Shown here piece after piece: positions 24,746 to 38,714 of a stretch of 64,000 bases of DNA. Source of the stretch: Entomortierella parvispora E1425 (lineage: Eukaryota; Fungi; Mortierellomycota); contig BQFW01000009.1 in NCBI GenBank assembly GCA_020891255.1, positions 558,001 through 622,000 of the forward strand, in the 5' to 3' direction. The stretch's first letter is position 1. The number at the start of each line of letters is the position of its first letter. Position numbers and translations under genes: made by a program. The notes under the pieces were generated by a model that was not told the DNA's origin, searched no databases, and saw only the letters and a list, made by a program, of their open reading frames with translations.

Positions 24746-27700
24746 GAAAATGAGTCCAGCAAAAAATAACATTTTTCCATTGACAAAACTAGCGCTTTCT
24801 TGGCCAAAAACATGACAACACTGCTGGCAGCCATGGAGCCAAAGGAGGCCATTGAACATGTCATCCCGATTGTAAAAACCTTGTCTGTCGACACTATGGA
24901 GTCGGTCAGGGAGACCCTGGCGGTCAACCTAGACAAAATTGTGCTGTTCTTTTTTCAGGTAAATACGTGTCTATGGCAAAGTCAAATATTTGATGGAGCG
25001 TGCAACTGGTATTGACGAATTTCATATCTCTGCAGCATATTGCCATCTCATATGAAGACCCTGTCGAGTCTCAGGATCAGGAGACATCCACCTTGGATTC
25101 GCTCTCAATACCTCACAACACGTTCACCCCGATATTTATAGACCTGTTGCTGGATCAAAACGCAGAGATCGCGCATCAAACCCGACTAGCAGTCGTGACA
25201 GTAGCAGAAAATGTGGCCGAGAGTGTCATGGAGAGTGAGATCTTGAATGGAGTCATGGCTGGGCTGGAGAGACTTTATACCACTGCTGATGGCAAAGATA
25301 TTAGCGAGATGCTAGATTCAGAGGATAATGGCGGCTCATCCAGCATCAAGGATGATCAAGATGGGGAAGCAGAGCTCGGAAAAATGCTCGTGGTCGTGGT
25401 AAGGATAGTTTGTTCTTTGGACGTTCGCATGTTAAGGAAAAAATGTGTGCCTGGAAGTTGAGACACGGAGCTTTGACCCTGATTTTTTATTTTTTTTATT
25501 TTCTTTTAACAGCTTTTGACAGCACTATCGAATGTCCTGGGTCAAGAACGCTGCATGACCATAGTCCTTCCCACTCTTGAAAAACTCGTTGCCCAGTCAC
25601 AGTTTTATGTCCGAAAGGTAACAGGGGGGATTTAGGGGGAAGCAGAGTATAGCTTTGTAACGAATGTCAAACGCGCTTCTAATGACGACATCCCCCCCTC
25701 CATTGTGTACCGTCGATTAGGAAATCGTCATGGCACTGGGCACACTGTGCAAGATCGTACCGCAGGATGTTGTTGTGAGCAAACTCCTCCCATTGTTCGA
25801 GATGTTTGTTCACGATAGTACTTGGCACATTCGACGAGCCTGCTGCACAGTCTTGCCACCTTTCGTTCTCTCCCTGCCTGTGGAGATGAGAGCCAACGAG
25901 ATCGAGACAATTTACGCCATCTACTCTGTGGATGTCAGCCGAAGTGTTCGTAATGCCATGATGGAGGTCCTTGGAGAACTGATCGCAGGATTCGAGCAGG
26001 GTACGGTCCCGGACACGCTTTTGGAACACTTTTTGGACATGGGTCAACAACCTATGAACGAGCACGAACTGGCTGTGATGTGCGCTTTTAGTTTCCCAGG
26101 TATAGTCTTTGGATTCAAGTTATGGACTCTAATGAGATCATCTCTTTCGTTATTCTAATTGCTACTCTTTTCTTACTGAATAGCTGTTATTTTGACTGCG
26201 GGTCGGTCAAAGTGGGAGCTCATGAAACCTGTTTATATGAAGCTTGCTGGGACATTCAGGTCACCTATTCGCCGATCTTTGGCATGCTCGCTCCATGAAG
26301 TCGCCAAAATTCTGGGCCCAGAGCTGGCTGACCGTGACCTGTCCATGGCGTTCTCGGATTGTTTGATGGCGGAAGACGAGGTCAAGGAGGGCGTCATTGG
26401 ACATGTGGTCGAATTCATTTCTTGTCTGTCTCCCAAATTTCGATCTGCGGCTCTTCGAGATCTCTACAGTGCCTGGTCAGATCTGGAGCGGTCCAGTAAC
26501 TGGCGTCTCAGGGATTCTCTGGCTGGCCAACTTCCAGCACTTTGTGAAATTGCAGAGGGCAAGGATCTTATTGCATACTTGATTCCTCTGACTGTGAAAG
26601 CATGCACCGATGGCGTGTCAACGATCCGAGAGTCAGGTGTTATGTCGTTCCCCACTCTCTGGGAGGCGAGTGATCGACTTGGATCTTTTCCAGAAAAGGT
26701 TGAGGAGGTTTCCCCCTTGGACTTGGATATTGTCGATGATGGACCAGTCATGGGTTCCTTTGGCGAAGGAGAGGACATGGATATGGAGGACGTTACCAGC
26801 CAACTCCACAGCGAAGATCTTGACGACTTCGACAATGAAAAGCCCTTGATTTCGTTTGATCAGGATGACGATGAGGATGAGGCGCAAGGAAAGAATGCTT
26901 TACCTGTTACCGACAAGAACAGTATGGAAACAGACACGGTCATGGATAGTCCAATGACGACAGTCAAGGAGCAAGTGATTAGGCATACCAACAATTTCAC
27001 AATGGGTGGCTTCCGATCTCGAGTGGTTGCTGTGCAGATTATTCAGTCACTCTTGGACTCTGCCATTTCTGTGGAGGAGTTTGAGGCCCACTTCTTGGAT
27101 CTCCTGGTGGAGCGCTTGGCAACGGACACGGTCGTCAATGTCAGGATCTGGGTTTCCAGAGTGGTCACTTGGATCTTTGAGAGCTGTTATTATGGTGACA
27201 GACCAGTTTCTCAGAGACTGCAGGATGTACTTGCAACTCTGCAGCATGATCCAGACCGCGATGTTCGTATCTATGCTGGAGGACCTGCAGAATTGCCTAA
27301 GCCCATCAAGAAAAAGAAGTCAAAAAAGAAAGGCAAGAAGGGCGAGAAGAAGAAGGCCAATGGCAATGCTAGTACGAGTCCATCAGCAAATGGTTCGAGC
27401 TCCTCAGATCGGAGAGTATCCAGTATTGAAGAAGGGGATGAAGAGGACACACCAATGAGTTTTCTTGCAGGAGAGGGGGGAGAAGAGGACGAGGATGAAG
27501 AAGAAGAAGACGACGATGACGACGAGAGTGGAAGCGAGGAGGAGAGTGAAGAAGATTCGGACAAGGAAAAAGAAAACATGGACTACCTCGAGTCAGCAAA
27601 GTCAAAAGTCACCAACAAGCCGAGGAATCGAAACAGTATAGGAATCGGTATGAAGGTCATGGTCGGCAACAAACTCACGGTATCTGGGAAGGAAATCCGG

Positions 27701-28870
27701 AAACCAAAGACGAGCTGGGACTATGTTCACGGAGAGTTGGATGAAGATGACGAGGTTGATGAGAACGGCAAACAAAACTCTTTCTCAGCCTCCTTGGGTA
27801 GCGCGTCAGAAAATTGCAAAAGTGGCCTTACATCCTCAGTTAACGATAAGCTGGAGGACGATGCTGAGGCCGGCGGATCATTGTTTGATGCCCCTAGACA
27901 GGCCCGGAGTGACTCGAGTGACGAAGAAGATGAAGACAGTGAGCAGGATGTGATGGAGCGTGGAGCAAGCAGAACCCATTCGATCCATTCTCCGTTCGAC
28001 TCGAAAGCGGATGGCGACTCTTTTGAATCTCTGGATAGCGAAACGGAAGAGGTGGTTGATTTTGAGCAACAGTTGAGAAATCATATGAGTATCTCGGAAG
28101 AAACTGAGGAGGATCTGGCTGTCATTGTCTCTGGAGGTAATGACGATCAAAACACGGGCTCTATCAGCTCTATCACCACGAACGCCTCGACTGCTGCGGG
28201 TGCATCTGTTAATTCGAACCGCACACTTGCTGGCCAAGTGTCGGGCACAGATACCAATTATTCAGCTCCAGACTCGACAGGGGCCGATGTACTCTCGCCT
28301 GTCAAGGATACGGTGACTGTGAATGCTGCCACAACGCCGCCGCTGTCAACTGCCGGCACCAAGAGCAACGCAGATTCACCCTATCCAAAGGCAAAATCCA
28401 AGGGTGGTGGAGTAGATGCAGCAGCGACTGGAACAAAGAGTCGATCGCCCGAAGAAGAGGTTCTACGAGTGTTGAATGCCAAGCTCTTGGCAGGCACAGG
28501 AGCAGGGTCTAGTGGAGATGGTAAAGTGACAGGAGTCGGTGGTGGCCGCCTTGGCCTTGTTGGGCGAAAGTTGCCACCCATCTCTGTGAGTAGCCCACCC
28601 AGGAGAAAGCTCTCGCTTTCGGATGCTCCGGGCTCACCGTCGTATGCGGCGGTAGTGGCATCAGGAGCAACGTCTCCTCGACCGATCCCAGGACATCCGG
28701 GCTTCCCACCTACACTGCCTGCCCGCGCCTTGGCTCTTGGTGGATCGCTTGCCTCCTCTGCCTCGTCATCACCGTCTGGGACGTCACCGCTGGGTCCAGG
28801 GCCGTTTTCACCCCCACTGTCGCCCATGACGACATCAACGGCCACATTTGGAAACACCCTTGGGTCATGA
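23257..28870 (+). CDS. PPP4R1: Protein phosphatase 4 regulatory subunit 1 (HEAT repeats) with a long acidic/low-complexity C-terminal tail; exons 23257-23263, 24292-24450, 24569-24695, 24793-24958, 25036-25398, 25513-25617, 25721-26099, 26184-28870
   Basis: Spliced start MADLGIYFGEDEDE; HEAT motifs FVHDSTWHIRRAC, DVSRSVRNA, IRRSLACSLHEVAKILG, DTVVNVRI, DPDRDVR; all introns GT-AG and in phase. The 7-nt first exon is inferred. Confidence 0.85.
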
Positions 28871-29505
28871 TAGTCTGCCCCCAGAGAGAATCGAGGAGAG
28901 AAAGAGAAAGAGCGAGACAAATAGTTCGTCAGATATAAACGACCTTAATTTCTGTAAAACGCGAGACTAGAGAGAGTGTGTGTGTGGGTCAAGAGCATGC
29001 ATGTCACCGCCATGGGTTAGAAACCCAGGGACATGAAAATGAAGTCATAAAGAACCAACGAGCAAGGCCCACGGTCACCTGGAGGAAGCGTGCTGGATCG
29101 GACAGCAGTGGACAGCGAAAACGGCCACTTCCACAGGGCATCACGTGGCGCACACGCGTTGCGCGCAGGCAAGAAGCACGGTCGACTTTCTGCTTGGCCA
29201 AAGAGAAGCCAGGATGAGGCAAGAGTGACACGATGCATGCCATTGGCATGGGATTGACATGCATTGCTCCTTTTTTTATTTCGTTTTTGAGTTTTTCCTT
29301 CCTCCTTTCTTTTTATCTTTTTGCATCTCCCGTTCTTTCTTTTCGTTTCCTTTTCTTTACATTCCTCAGACCGCACACCCCACCATTCCAATTCTCATTC
29401 CCTCCCCCCAACTCACTCGTTGCCCCCAACAAGTCCTCCTTTCGTGGCAACGGTCCTGCTGTGTTACCTCTTGGCAGCGCCACCACCCTTTGCTCCCTCA
29501 CAACA

Positions 29506-32500
29506 ATGTCCAAGAACGGATACCAGCCACTCGCTGGTGACGACCAGGAGGAGACCTTTCTTGACCAGGACCCGGATCAGGAGTCCCCACAACAGCGTCA
29601 AGTGTCAGAGCCACCGACACAAGGGAACGCCCCGGCCGTGTCTTCGCTGCATCCTGTCTCAAACGATACCCACGCCAACGCCAACAGCGCCTTGACGCGT
29701 CCACTGCTGTCGGTCCTGGATGCCCATGTCTCCTCAGACACAACCAATGCATCCGTTGATACCGTTGATGCCGTTGCAGCCCGTTCTGGTGCAGGGGCAT
29801 TCCCAGTCGACTCGAAACCCTCGTCTCGACTGCATGAGCCTAGGATCCCCTTGGACGCTTCTGGTACTGGCACTGTTGCTAACGGTGCTGCTGACTCTAT
29901 CACGGAGCACGAGCTGACCAGATCAGGACTTTTTTCAAGACCCCAACCTTTGCAAACAGAGTCTGCCCCTGTCGGTGTCCCGACAGCAACCACAACCACA
30001 TCCACCCCCTCCGCAGCTACATCCTCAACAACGGCGACAGCAGACCATTCCTCTTCATCTTCGAACTTTCTTCCTCAGTTTGGAGTCAGGCGCAAGACTC
30101 TATTGGGACTCAAGGACCGACTCTCTTCGGCTTCGACTACCAATATTCCTGCTGGATCCGGCTCTGGATCCTCATCCTCTTATGCCCGACTGGTGGGATC
30201 GAAATCGTTGGCGTCAGGATTGTTGGGTGGCGGAAACAGCAGCAGTCGTGATCAGAGTAACAAAAGGGGCGAGGCCAGGGATGCAAGAGCCTATTCAGAT
30301 CTGGCTCATATTCGACCCAAACAGCACCCTCATACGACCTTGTCTGGGCCACGAGGTATCCAAAGGGCTCAGAAACGTCAGGTCCTAAGAGAGATCCGTC
30401 CTGACCCTCATAACTTACCTGAGGAACTGTTGCGAGAGCAAGCTAAAAGTGGAGCCGCAGTTGAGGCCGCCCTCGGCGGTGGAGGCGGCGCCATAGATAC
30501 GATGCGCGGCCTGGAAGGCGACCACACCATCGGCAGCCTGAGTGTTCCAGGAGGAGCACCCGGAAGTCCTGGAAGTCCTGGTGGAGGTCGAGAGCGCGGA
30601 ACATTGCTCGGATCGGGTGACGGATTGGGATTAGGGATTGGATTGGGAGGCAAGGCCCATCAGGCTCTGCAGCCACAGCCGTCCCGATGGAGCAGCGCCC
30701 GACCGAGACTTTCGACCCGACAGCGACGCGTACCGAGTTCGGGACTGGGACGAGAGAATGACCAACGCGTGATTCAATCCTCGGTTTTCACGCCTGTCTT
30801 GGTCTCTGTGGACGGAGGTCAGGTAAGAAAGGAAAAGAGCATGACATCGAACCTGCGTGTTGACAAGAGGGGAGAGAAGGGAGCAATGGAACAGTAGACC
30901 CCAGGAGGGAGGCGCATGGTGGCGGGAAGAAATATGGGAGGCAGAGCTTCTGTTTGGGGATGGTTTCTCCGCGGTGCTTGGTCAAAAACAGACATTGGCG
31001 CATGCGTTGTTCCTATGGATGAGGGAATGGCTGGGGAACGAGGGGGGAAAGTGGCGGCGAGAAGTTGTCATGCGGCTGTGTGTTGTGTTTCTTTTCTTTT
31101 TGCCCCTCTTCCCCCCATGCTCCCGCAAAATACCGCGGGGTCAAAGATGTTTGTTGTTTTTGTTGTTATGGTTGTGTGAGCTCAAATATTTTTCAAGGTT
31201 CATTTCATTTCTACTTTTTTGATGGGGTCTGACGTTTTAAGCTGTGTTTCTTGAACTGCGCTCTAGCCCATGACACAAGCACCTGCACTGACGCCCGACC
31301 ACGCAGAGCCTATGACGAGCGAGCGATTTGTGGCCATTGTTGACTCTGTCAAGGAAGCGATTCGATCTGGAATTCAACCTCTGAGGATCGCACAGGGTTC
31401 TTCAGGATCTTACTTTTGTAGAAACACGGATGGCAAGATCGTTGGAGTCTTTAAACCCAAGAACGAAGAGCCTTATGGACAACTGAACCCTAAATGGGCG
31501 AAATGGATCCATCGCAATTTGTTTCCTTGCTGTTTTGGTCGAAGCTGGTAAGGATAGACGCCCATGATGGACCTCACTATTTTTTTCTCTCGGCATATTA
31601 CTGACATACTAAGGACCCACTTATTGTTATCCAAAACAAACGCAAACCAGTTTGATCCCAAATCTTGGATACATCTCAGAGTCGGCGACTTCACTTGTGG
31701 ACCGTAGACTAAAGCTGAATATTGTACCCAGCACAGAAGTTGTCTGGATATCGTCTCCAGCTTTCCACTATGACTACCTGGATCGACGAGCAGCCCAAAG
31801 TCAGAAAGGCGCCAAACCTCTACCAGACAAAGTGGGTAGTTTCCAGCTTTTTCTGAATGGATTCAAAGATGCAAACCTGTTTATGAGAGATCACCCATGG
31901 CCCTTGGAGGCGGCTGTCCCGGGAGAAGGAAACGGGAAAGGACGGTATGGCAACTGGAGACGGTCCTCCCCAGAGAGTATCCACAGCCACCAGGAAGATG
32001 CTGCAAGTGTGTATGGGAGTATAGCCGGATCAACCACAGGAACGGGTCTCGCAGGCGGAGTACCATTATCTGGGTACAATGTTGAGCGACCAGGGTTTAG
32101 CTGGACTCCGGCACTTCAGCAGCAGTTCAAGGAACAGTTTGAAAAGATGATCATTTTGGACTATCTCATCCGAAACACAGGTAAATACGACCACCTGAAC
32201 ACCTTTTTTTTGCTCTTGATATTGGCTCTGACCGCCTGATGACCACGTTGCACCAACATAGATCGAGGATTGGATAATTGGATGATACGGTACTGCGAGA
32301 AGGAGGGAATTTCTATTGTCGCGCCTGGCATGCAGCGCACTGACACGCAACAGTCCAATCCGGCGGCCTCAGTAGCGGCAGCGGCGTCAAGACGAGGCTC
32401 TCGTGTGGGCGATTTGCTTGGGCAAAGCGTTGACCTCAATGGATCACCATCGTCAAGCCACTCTCTTCTCCGGGATGCCACTACACGCAGCAGCGGCATG

Positions 32501-34621
32501 TTGGCGACCCCCCCAGGAACACCGCCTCAGTCTAACCTTAGCCGCGCCCCATCAGGCATGGAGCTGCTCCAAGATGCTGATGAAGATACCCACAACGCCC
32601 ATCAGCACAGAGCTGGATCTCCCCCTTATTCACAGCCTGCATCACAAACACCAGAGGCAACCATGGAGTCCTATTATGGAGCAACCCATGTCCACGTTGC
32701 AGCGATCGATAACGGACTTGCCTTCCCTTTCAAGCATCCGGATTCATGGAGATCGTACCCTTATGGATGGTTGTTCCTTCCTCGGCCCTTGATTGCCCAG
32801 CCTTTCACAAAAGCTACAAGAGATCACTTTCTGCCGTTGCTTTCGGACCCGGTTTGGTGGCGAGAAACCATTGCGGATTTGAGACGACTGTTTAGTATCG
32901 ACAGCGATTTTGATCAGGGCATGTTTGACAAGCAGATGGCAGTCATGAAGGGTCAAGGCTGGAATATTGTCGAGACTCTTAAAAACCTGGACCATGGACC
33001 TATGGATCTCTGTCGACGAGTCGCAGTTGTGGTGTGGGATGAGGAGGTTACGTTAGGACCAGATGCTGCAATCCGAAGATCAGCGTCCAATACAGGCCTC
33101 CATACCACAGGAAGTACTACAAGTGCCCCAATGGCAGCGGCGCCACCGCTGTCTTATACCAGTGCCCAACCAACGGCCAGGACGATGGATGCTAAGACAA
33201 CAGGTTACGCTAACTATGGGAGCATGATGACTATGTCCTCTTCGGCAGCGGTTGAGAACCGATTGTCCAGCGCAAAGACATTGTCAACGTCATCAACAGC
33301 TATCGGGGAGGGAACTCCGTTCTTGACGGCATCTCTGGACAAGGGCCACCCATCAAGCGTACACAAGAAACCTTCGTACACCGCCATTGATATGGATCGT
33401 CATGACAAGTTCCTTAGCGTGGACAGGCCAGTCTCGTATGTCTCTTCTGCCACCGAACCGCCACGTCATGACAGCTTTAGGCAAGTTGTGAGCGATGGCG
33501 AGTACGATCTGGATGACGAAGATGACTACGAAGACGACTATGATGACTATGATGACCATGGTTTCTCGTACGAAGAGGACTTTGACTGTGACGATGAGGA
33601 GAGAGAGGACTTCGGCCCATTCGAAGACGTTCCTAAGTCATTGTCTTCGGTAACTGCAGCCAACCCTAACAAGCCCTTGCAGCAACAGCAGCAGAGCCAA
33701 ACCTCGAGAGGGCCTGTTGGCAAGGGTGGTATGGTCTCGATTGATATGACACTTTCAGGCGATTCAAATATTGCCTCCACCAGAACTTCAAGACGAGGAC
33801 GGTCAGAAAGTGGACAGAGTGGTGGATGGGGAGCCGGCAGTGGCAATGGAGACGATGGGGAGGCTGCACGAGGCAACAATCGTAGTCGCGGGCATCGTCG
33901 GCGGCAGAGTCATCGGAGTGAAGATGGTCGATCAGGAAGGCGTAGTCGTGTACAGAGCGGCCAGCCTGTGGGTGTTATTGTTGCAACTAGTGGAGCTGCA
34001 GGGGAAGCGGGCTCCAATCTTGCCACAACAACGACTGCAATGGCTCGCGTTTCAGATGAAGAAGATCAGCATTCAAGACATAACCATCGTCGCAGCCGGA
34101 CTGAGCACGATGATCGGACGGGCACGATCCGCTTTGAACATGCAGCGGGGTCGCCCTCTCCCTCAAGGCAACGTCAGGAAAGAGAAGCGAATGAACGGAC
34201 TGGATTGATTCCAGGAAGCTTGAATCCGTTTGTGTCTCCTGAAGATAACCGTGCATCGGCAGTATCAGCCCAAGCAGCCGAGGGGCAGGAGGCCGACCAG
34301 GAGGCCGAACCTGAACGAGGACGAGGCCGATCCCGGATGGCAGAGTTCTTTTCTGCCGGCTATGGGGCCATTGGGGGTCAGAAGGACGGTCAAGGAGAGG
34401 ATGGACGGCTGGGCGAACGACCGAGATGGGCGGATCGATTGCGTCGTGGCCTGAGTTTTGATGGCCATTTGCTGACAGTGGGCATCGGCGAAAGCGCACG
34501 AAGGGAACGCAAGTTGAGAAAGCAGAAGCAACGAGAACGCGAGCTACGGGAACGTCGGGTGGTGCTCGTGGAGCGGATCGAGCCTGTCACCAAGAACTTG
34601 CCTTATTTCAAATGGTGGTAA
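29506..34621 (+). CDS. LSB6: Type II phosphatidylinositol 4-kinase (Lsb6/PI4K2) with long disordered termini; exons 29506-30822, 31267-31547, 31651-32180, 32262-34621
   Basis: IAQGSSGSYF, VFKPKNEEPYG, GRSCLIPNLGYISE, LDYLIRNTDRGLDNWMI, AAIDNGLAFP, WRSYPYGW. Confidence 0.93.
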
Positions 34622-35081
34622 CCAACAGGAGGCGAAACTCCGTTTGTATGTAGATAAAGAAAAAGAAACGCTTAAACCATTCACATGCATGTATGAACAG
34701 AGACGGCGCCAGGTGGCCGGTAACGTCCTCGGGGGTGGAGGAGTGCGAGGCACACAGATCCGAGGCCGGGGCATTGATGGTGGTGGTGGCGCGAACGTGC
34801 CGAAGCGAGGTGGTCATTTCATCTGGTGTGTGTTACGGTGGCTCTGGAGTTTTGGGGTCGCGGGTAGAGATAACGTCGTTTCGGGGGCTGTGGCGCTGAG
34901 CTGAGTGGGCATGGCAAGTGCAGGCGGAGATGTTTGTTGCGTGTATGAAAACAAGGCAAAAGAAAAAAAAAAAAAATGGCGTCCAGGAGGGCTGGGTGAC
35001 CAACAGACTCTGGAGTGGAATGGACGAACAAGGAGAGGGGAAATCGGCTGGGCAGCCAGCAAGGATGACGGATGGACAAAA

Positions 35082-35111
35082 AGGACAGGACAGGACAGGA
35101 CAGGACAGGAC
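35082..35111. repeat. (AGGAC)6 pentanucleotide microsatellite
   Basis: Six perfect units read directly. Confidence 0.9.
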
Positions 35112-37073
35112 CAGCTCATCTTATTGTTATTATTATTGAATATTGATTGCATTCTAAATGCCATTGCGATTGCGTAGAAGCGAGTAAATGTACCAGACAG
35201 GGTACATTGGCAACGTACGGGTAACTAGTACGTATGGGCAGACAGGGCAGACAGGGCAAGACAGGCCAGAATAAGACAGGGGCAGCCGCAAGCGACAGGG
35301 TGTCCGCAAAGAATGATCAATGACAAAGAGGGAAAATTGATAAAACAGAAATCTAATTTTGGCTCGGACAGGCAGTGTAGTAAAAAGGAAAGAGGTGGGT
35401 GATCTGGGCCGTGTGGGATGGGTGATATGGCTGATACTGAATGGCGATGGATGGATGGACGATTGTGGGCCACTTGGGCACCCCCCTTCTTTCTTTTTTC
35501 CTTTCTCTCTTCCCTCCCTCCCTTCTCTGGACGTCTTCTCTTCTCACTTCACTTCCTCACCCTCCATTCACTTCATTCCGCTTCCGCATTCCTTGCTGGC
35601 TTGACTGCCTGTCCTTTCCCTGATCGCCTTTCTCTTTCTCTCTCTCTCTCTCTCCTGTCAGACACACCCGCTGTCCTTTAAAGACCCTCTTCCTTCGGAC
35701 TTGCCCACCTGTAAGTGCGTCCTCCCTTCCTGTCGCCCTTCCTCCCTCTCACTCCCACACCTCCCGCCTTTTCTTTCAGTCTCTGTGTCTCTCTTGCATG
35801 AAGCGGCGCATTCAACAGTGGATTTCAACCTGTGCATGGACCAACCCTCGCCCAACCAACCAACCAACCCAAACAATAGAACCTTGCCCTAGGTTGTGCT
35901 GTTGTGTGACCCCTACAACAACGGAGAGCCAGGGGCTTGCTTAGTTTCCTTTCTCTTATTTTTTGGGCACTGGAACTGAACACACGTACACAACACGCTA
36001 GTGCTCCCATTGTTCTTTTTTATTTTTGGGTTGCTCAACCTTGATCCAGCTGCCACAGCACCGCACTGCTGCTCTTCTGTGTGTGTGCAGGTGTGTGTGT
36101 CCATCTACAGCCCTGGCTTGCTTCTCTCAAGTCATAATTCAGTTTGACGTCTATTTTTCTGTGCCCTGTGAGCTCACTCAAGATCTTAAAAAAAAGACAG
36201 AGAGGAAGAGAGCAGGACGAGATCAAGTCTGCTATCTGGGCGCTAGAACCAAAGCAGACAAACACCCTTGAGCCATGCATACACAGGGAGAGAGAGAGAG
36301 AGAGAGAGAGAGCAAAGTTGGAAATGAAAAACAACGGACCGACAGGGTGTTATGGGGGGTAAAGTGAGGGAGCGAGTGTGTCTTATTTCGGTTTACATGT
36401 TCCGATCCACCTTATTTCTATTCTTGCTGCTCGTTCTCTCTGCTCGCTCGCTCGCTGCAAGAACGGGTGTCTATCTTTGATCCCATGTGGCAACTAGGCC
36501 TGGAATGAGTAGAGTGCCCCCGCGCCTTTGGACAGACAGAGAGGCACACAACGACGCAGACGGACAGACGCACCACGCAGAGAGATTGACATGCATGTCG
36601 CATTTCCGATCCAACGGAAGGCAGGAGCACAGACAAGGAGGTGGTCCCTGTTTTGGCCCTTGTTCCCCTGCTTTGCATATACACTCGGTGTACTCTCACT
36701 GGCTGTCGGGCCCTTTTCTGTCCCTGTCCCTGTCTCTGTCTGTCCGTCTGTTGGGCGCGCGCTCATCTGCTTTCCCGCCGACTGGTGTCTCAGTTCAGAC
36801 TTATTCTGGGTGATCCCTTGGTCCCCTTCCCAACCCTGTCTCTATCCTCCCTTGACGCCACACCCTCCCCAGAGTCTGGCCCTCAAAGGATCGACCAGAC
36901 AGACTGCACATCTGCTCTCTTTGTCGCTCTGTCCCCCTATCAATCCTCTCATGAGCTGCTGCGAACCCTGATCTGACACACTATCTCTTTCTCTCCACGC
37001 TTCTATTTCCAAAACGATAGATCGATCGAATATCCAACTCTTCACTCTCACCACACACACCTCGCCCCTCTCC

Positions 37074-38246
37074 ATGCAGCTCAAAAAGTCGTCACTGATG
37101 CTAATCGCAGTGGCATCCGTCCTGGTCGCCTTGAACAGCCCCACACTCGTCTCGGCCCAACTCTCCGGCATTAATATCATTGGCGATGACCCTGCGACGG
37201 GGCCTACCGATGGCCCCTCGTCTGCTCTGCCTGCGACCACCAGTGCTGCTCTTCCTCCTCCTGCTTCTTCACCACCACCAGCTGTCACTACCACGACAGA
37301 GGCTCCGCCTCCAGCGACCTCGGTCCTACCACCACCACCAGCCACCACAACGACTGATGCTGTTATCGTTCCTCCTGTGACTAGCGCAAACCCTGGTGGG
37401 GGCAAGCGAACAACAACCACATTTGCGTTTACAGGAACTGGCACAGGAACAGCAACGACCGGCACAGGAACAGCATTGCCCAGCCCCTCAAAGACACCGG
37501 ATGGAGGCTCGTCCAGCGCTAGTTTGATGACGGCCGGTGTTGTGGTTGGATCGGTTGTGGTTGCGGCTGCCATTGGTATTTGGGTCTTTAGAAAGTGGAA
37601 GCTCTCTGTAAGCACACACGTTTTGAAGTTTTTCATTGACGCTTTGTATTGGCATGTCACCTCCTGTTGTTTGGATATCTTTACTCATGAATTCATTAAT
37701 TTACGACGTAACAAAAAAAAATAGCCGTCAAGAGAGTTTCAGTCCAAGATCAATGGAGATGACTACACGGACTATCCACGCTCGTATGAATCGGATGCCG
37801 TCTTCTTGCGCAACTTGGGAGACCAGCCTGCAGAGCCTGCACCTACCAAGTCGCCTTACCACGCAGCCGGAGGGTTGCCAGCACCTGTAGAAGACCAGTA
37901 CTATGATTCATCTTATGACCAACACCAGACCGCAGGAGCATACCATAACGAGGGCTATGGCTATGACCATAGCGGATACGATCACCAGGCAGGAGGAGGA
38001 TACGATTATCAAACCGGATATGACCAGCTCGGATACGACAATGGCCAGTACGCTCACGGTGAATATGCTCAGTCACAGGTCAGCGGTGGTTCGCAAGTAG
38101 GCGGATACGGCGGATCGCAGGTGGGAGCCGCTACAGGAGGTGGATATGGCGGCGGCAGCGGTGGCTCGCAGGTCGGCGGATACGCACAGTCAAATGTTGG
38201 CGGTGGATACCAACACCAAGGGTACGACGACTACGGACGACGATAG
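37074..38246 (+). CDS. Single-pass type I membrane protein (signal peptide, P/T/A-rich ectodomain, TM, G/Y/Q-rich cytoplasmic tail), Mid2/Skg6-like topology; exons 37074-37607, 37725-38246
   Basis: Hydrophobic N-terminus MQLKKSSLMLIAVASVLVAL; TM GVVVGSVVVAAAIGIWVF followed by RKWK; phase-0 intron 37608-37724 joins to PSREFQSKI. Confidence 0.85.
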
Positions 38247-38714
38247 ATGATAATAGCATGCAAAGCCAGGCTCCTTTATTTTTATTGTTCACTTTTATTC
38301 TCATATTCTATCCACCATGTAATTTTATATACGCACCTTGTCAACGACACCATTGTCCCTCAATTTCACCTTACATACAAGCACCCTCTCACATCCATCC
38401 CTTTCAAAAAAGAAAATGAAGATATCAAGACCGACCAGGGTCCACCCAATTTGAAAAACGCGTCACTCAGCCTTTTTTTTTTTTTTTTTTTTTTTTTTGA
38501 TTTCTCGCAGCAACAACAGAGAGGACCCAAAAAGCGCAGTAAAATTTCTAAGCCACCGAGTCTCTTTTTTTTTTCTTTTTTTTTTCTGTCTGCGGCGTGG
38601 TGCAGGGCATCGTCGAAAGAGGCGTGGCTCTTTTTGTCTTTTTTTTTCTGGTTCCATTGTTCATTCCTTCCCTTAATCACATCCCTCCCTCCCTCCTTTC
38701 ATCCTATATACACA

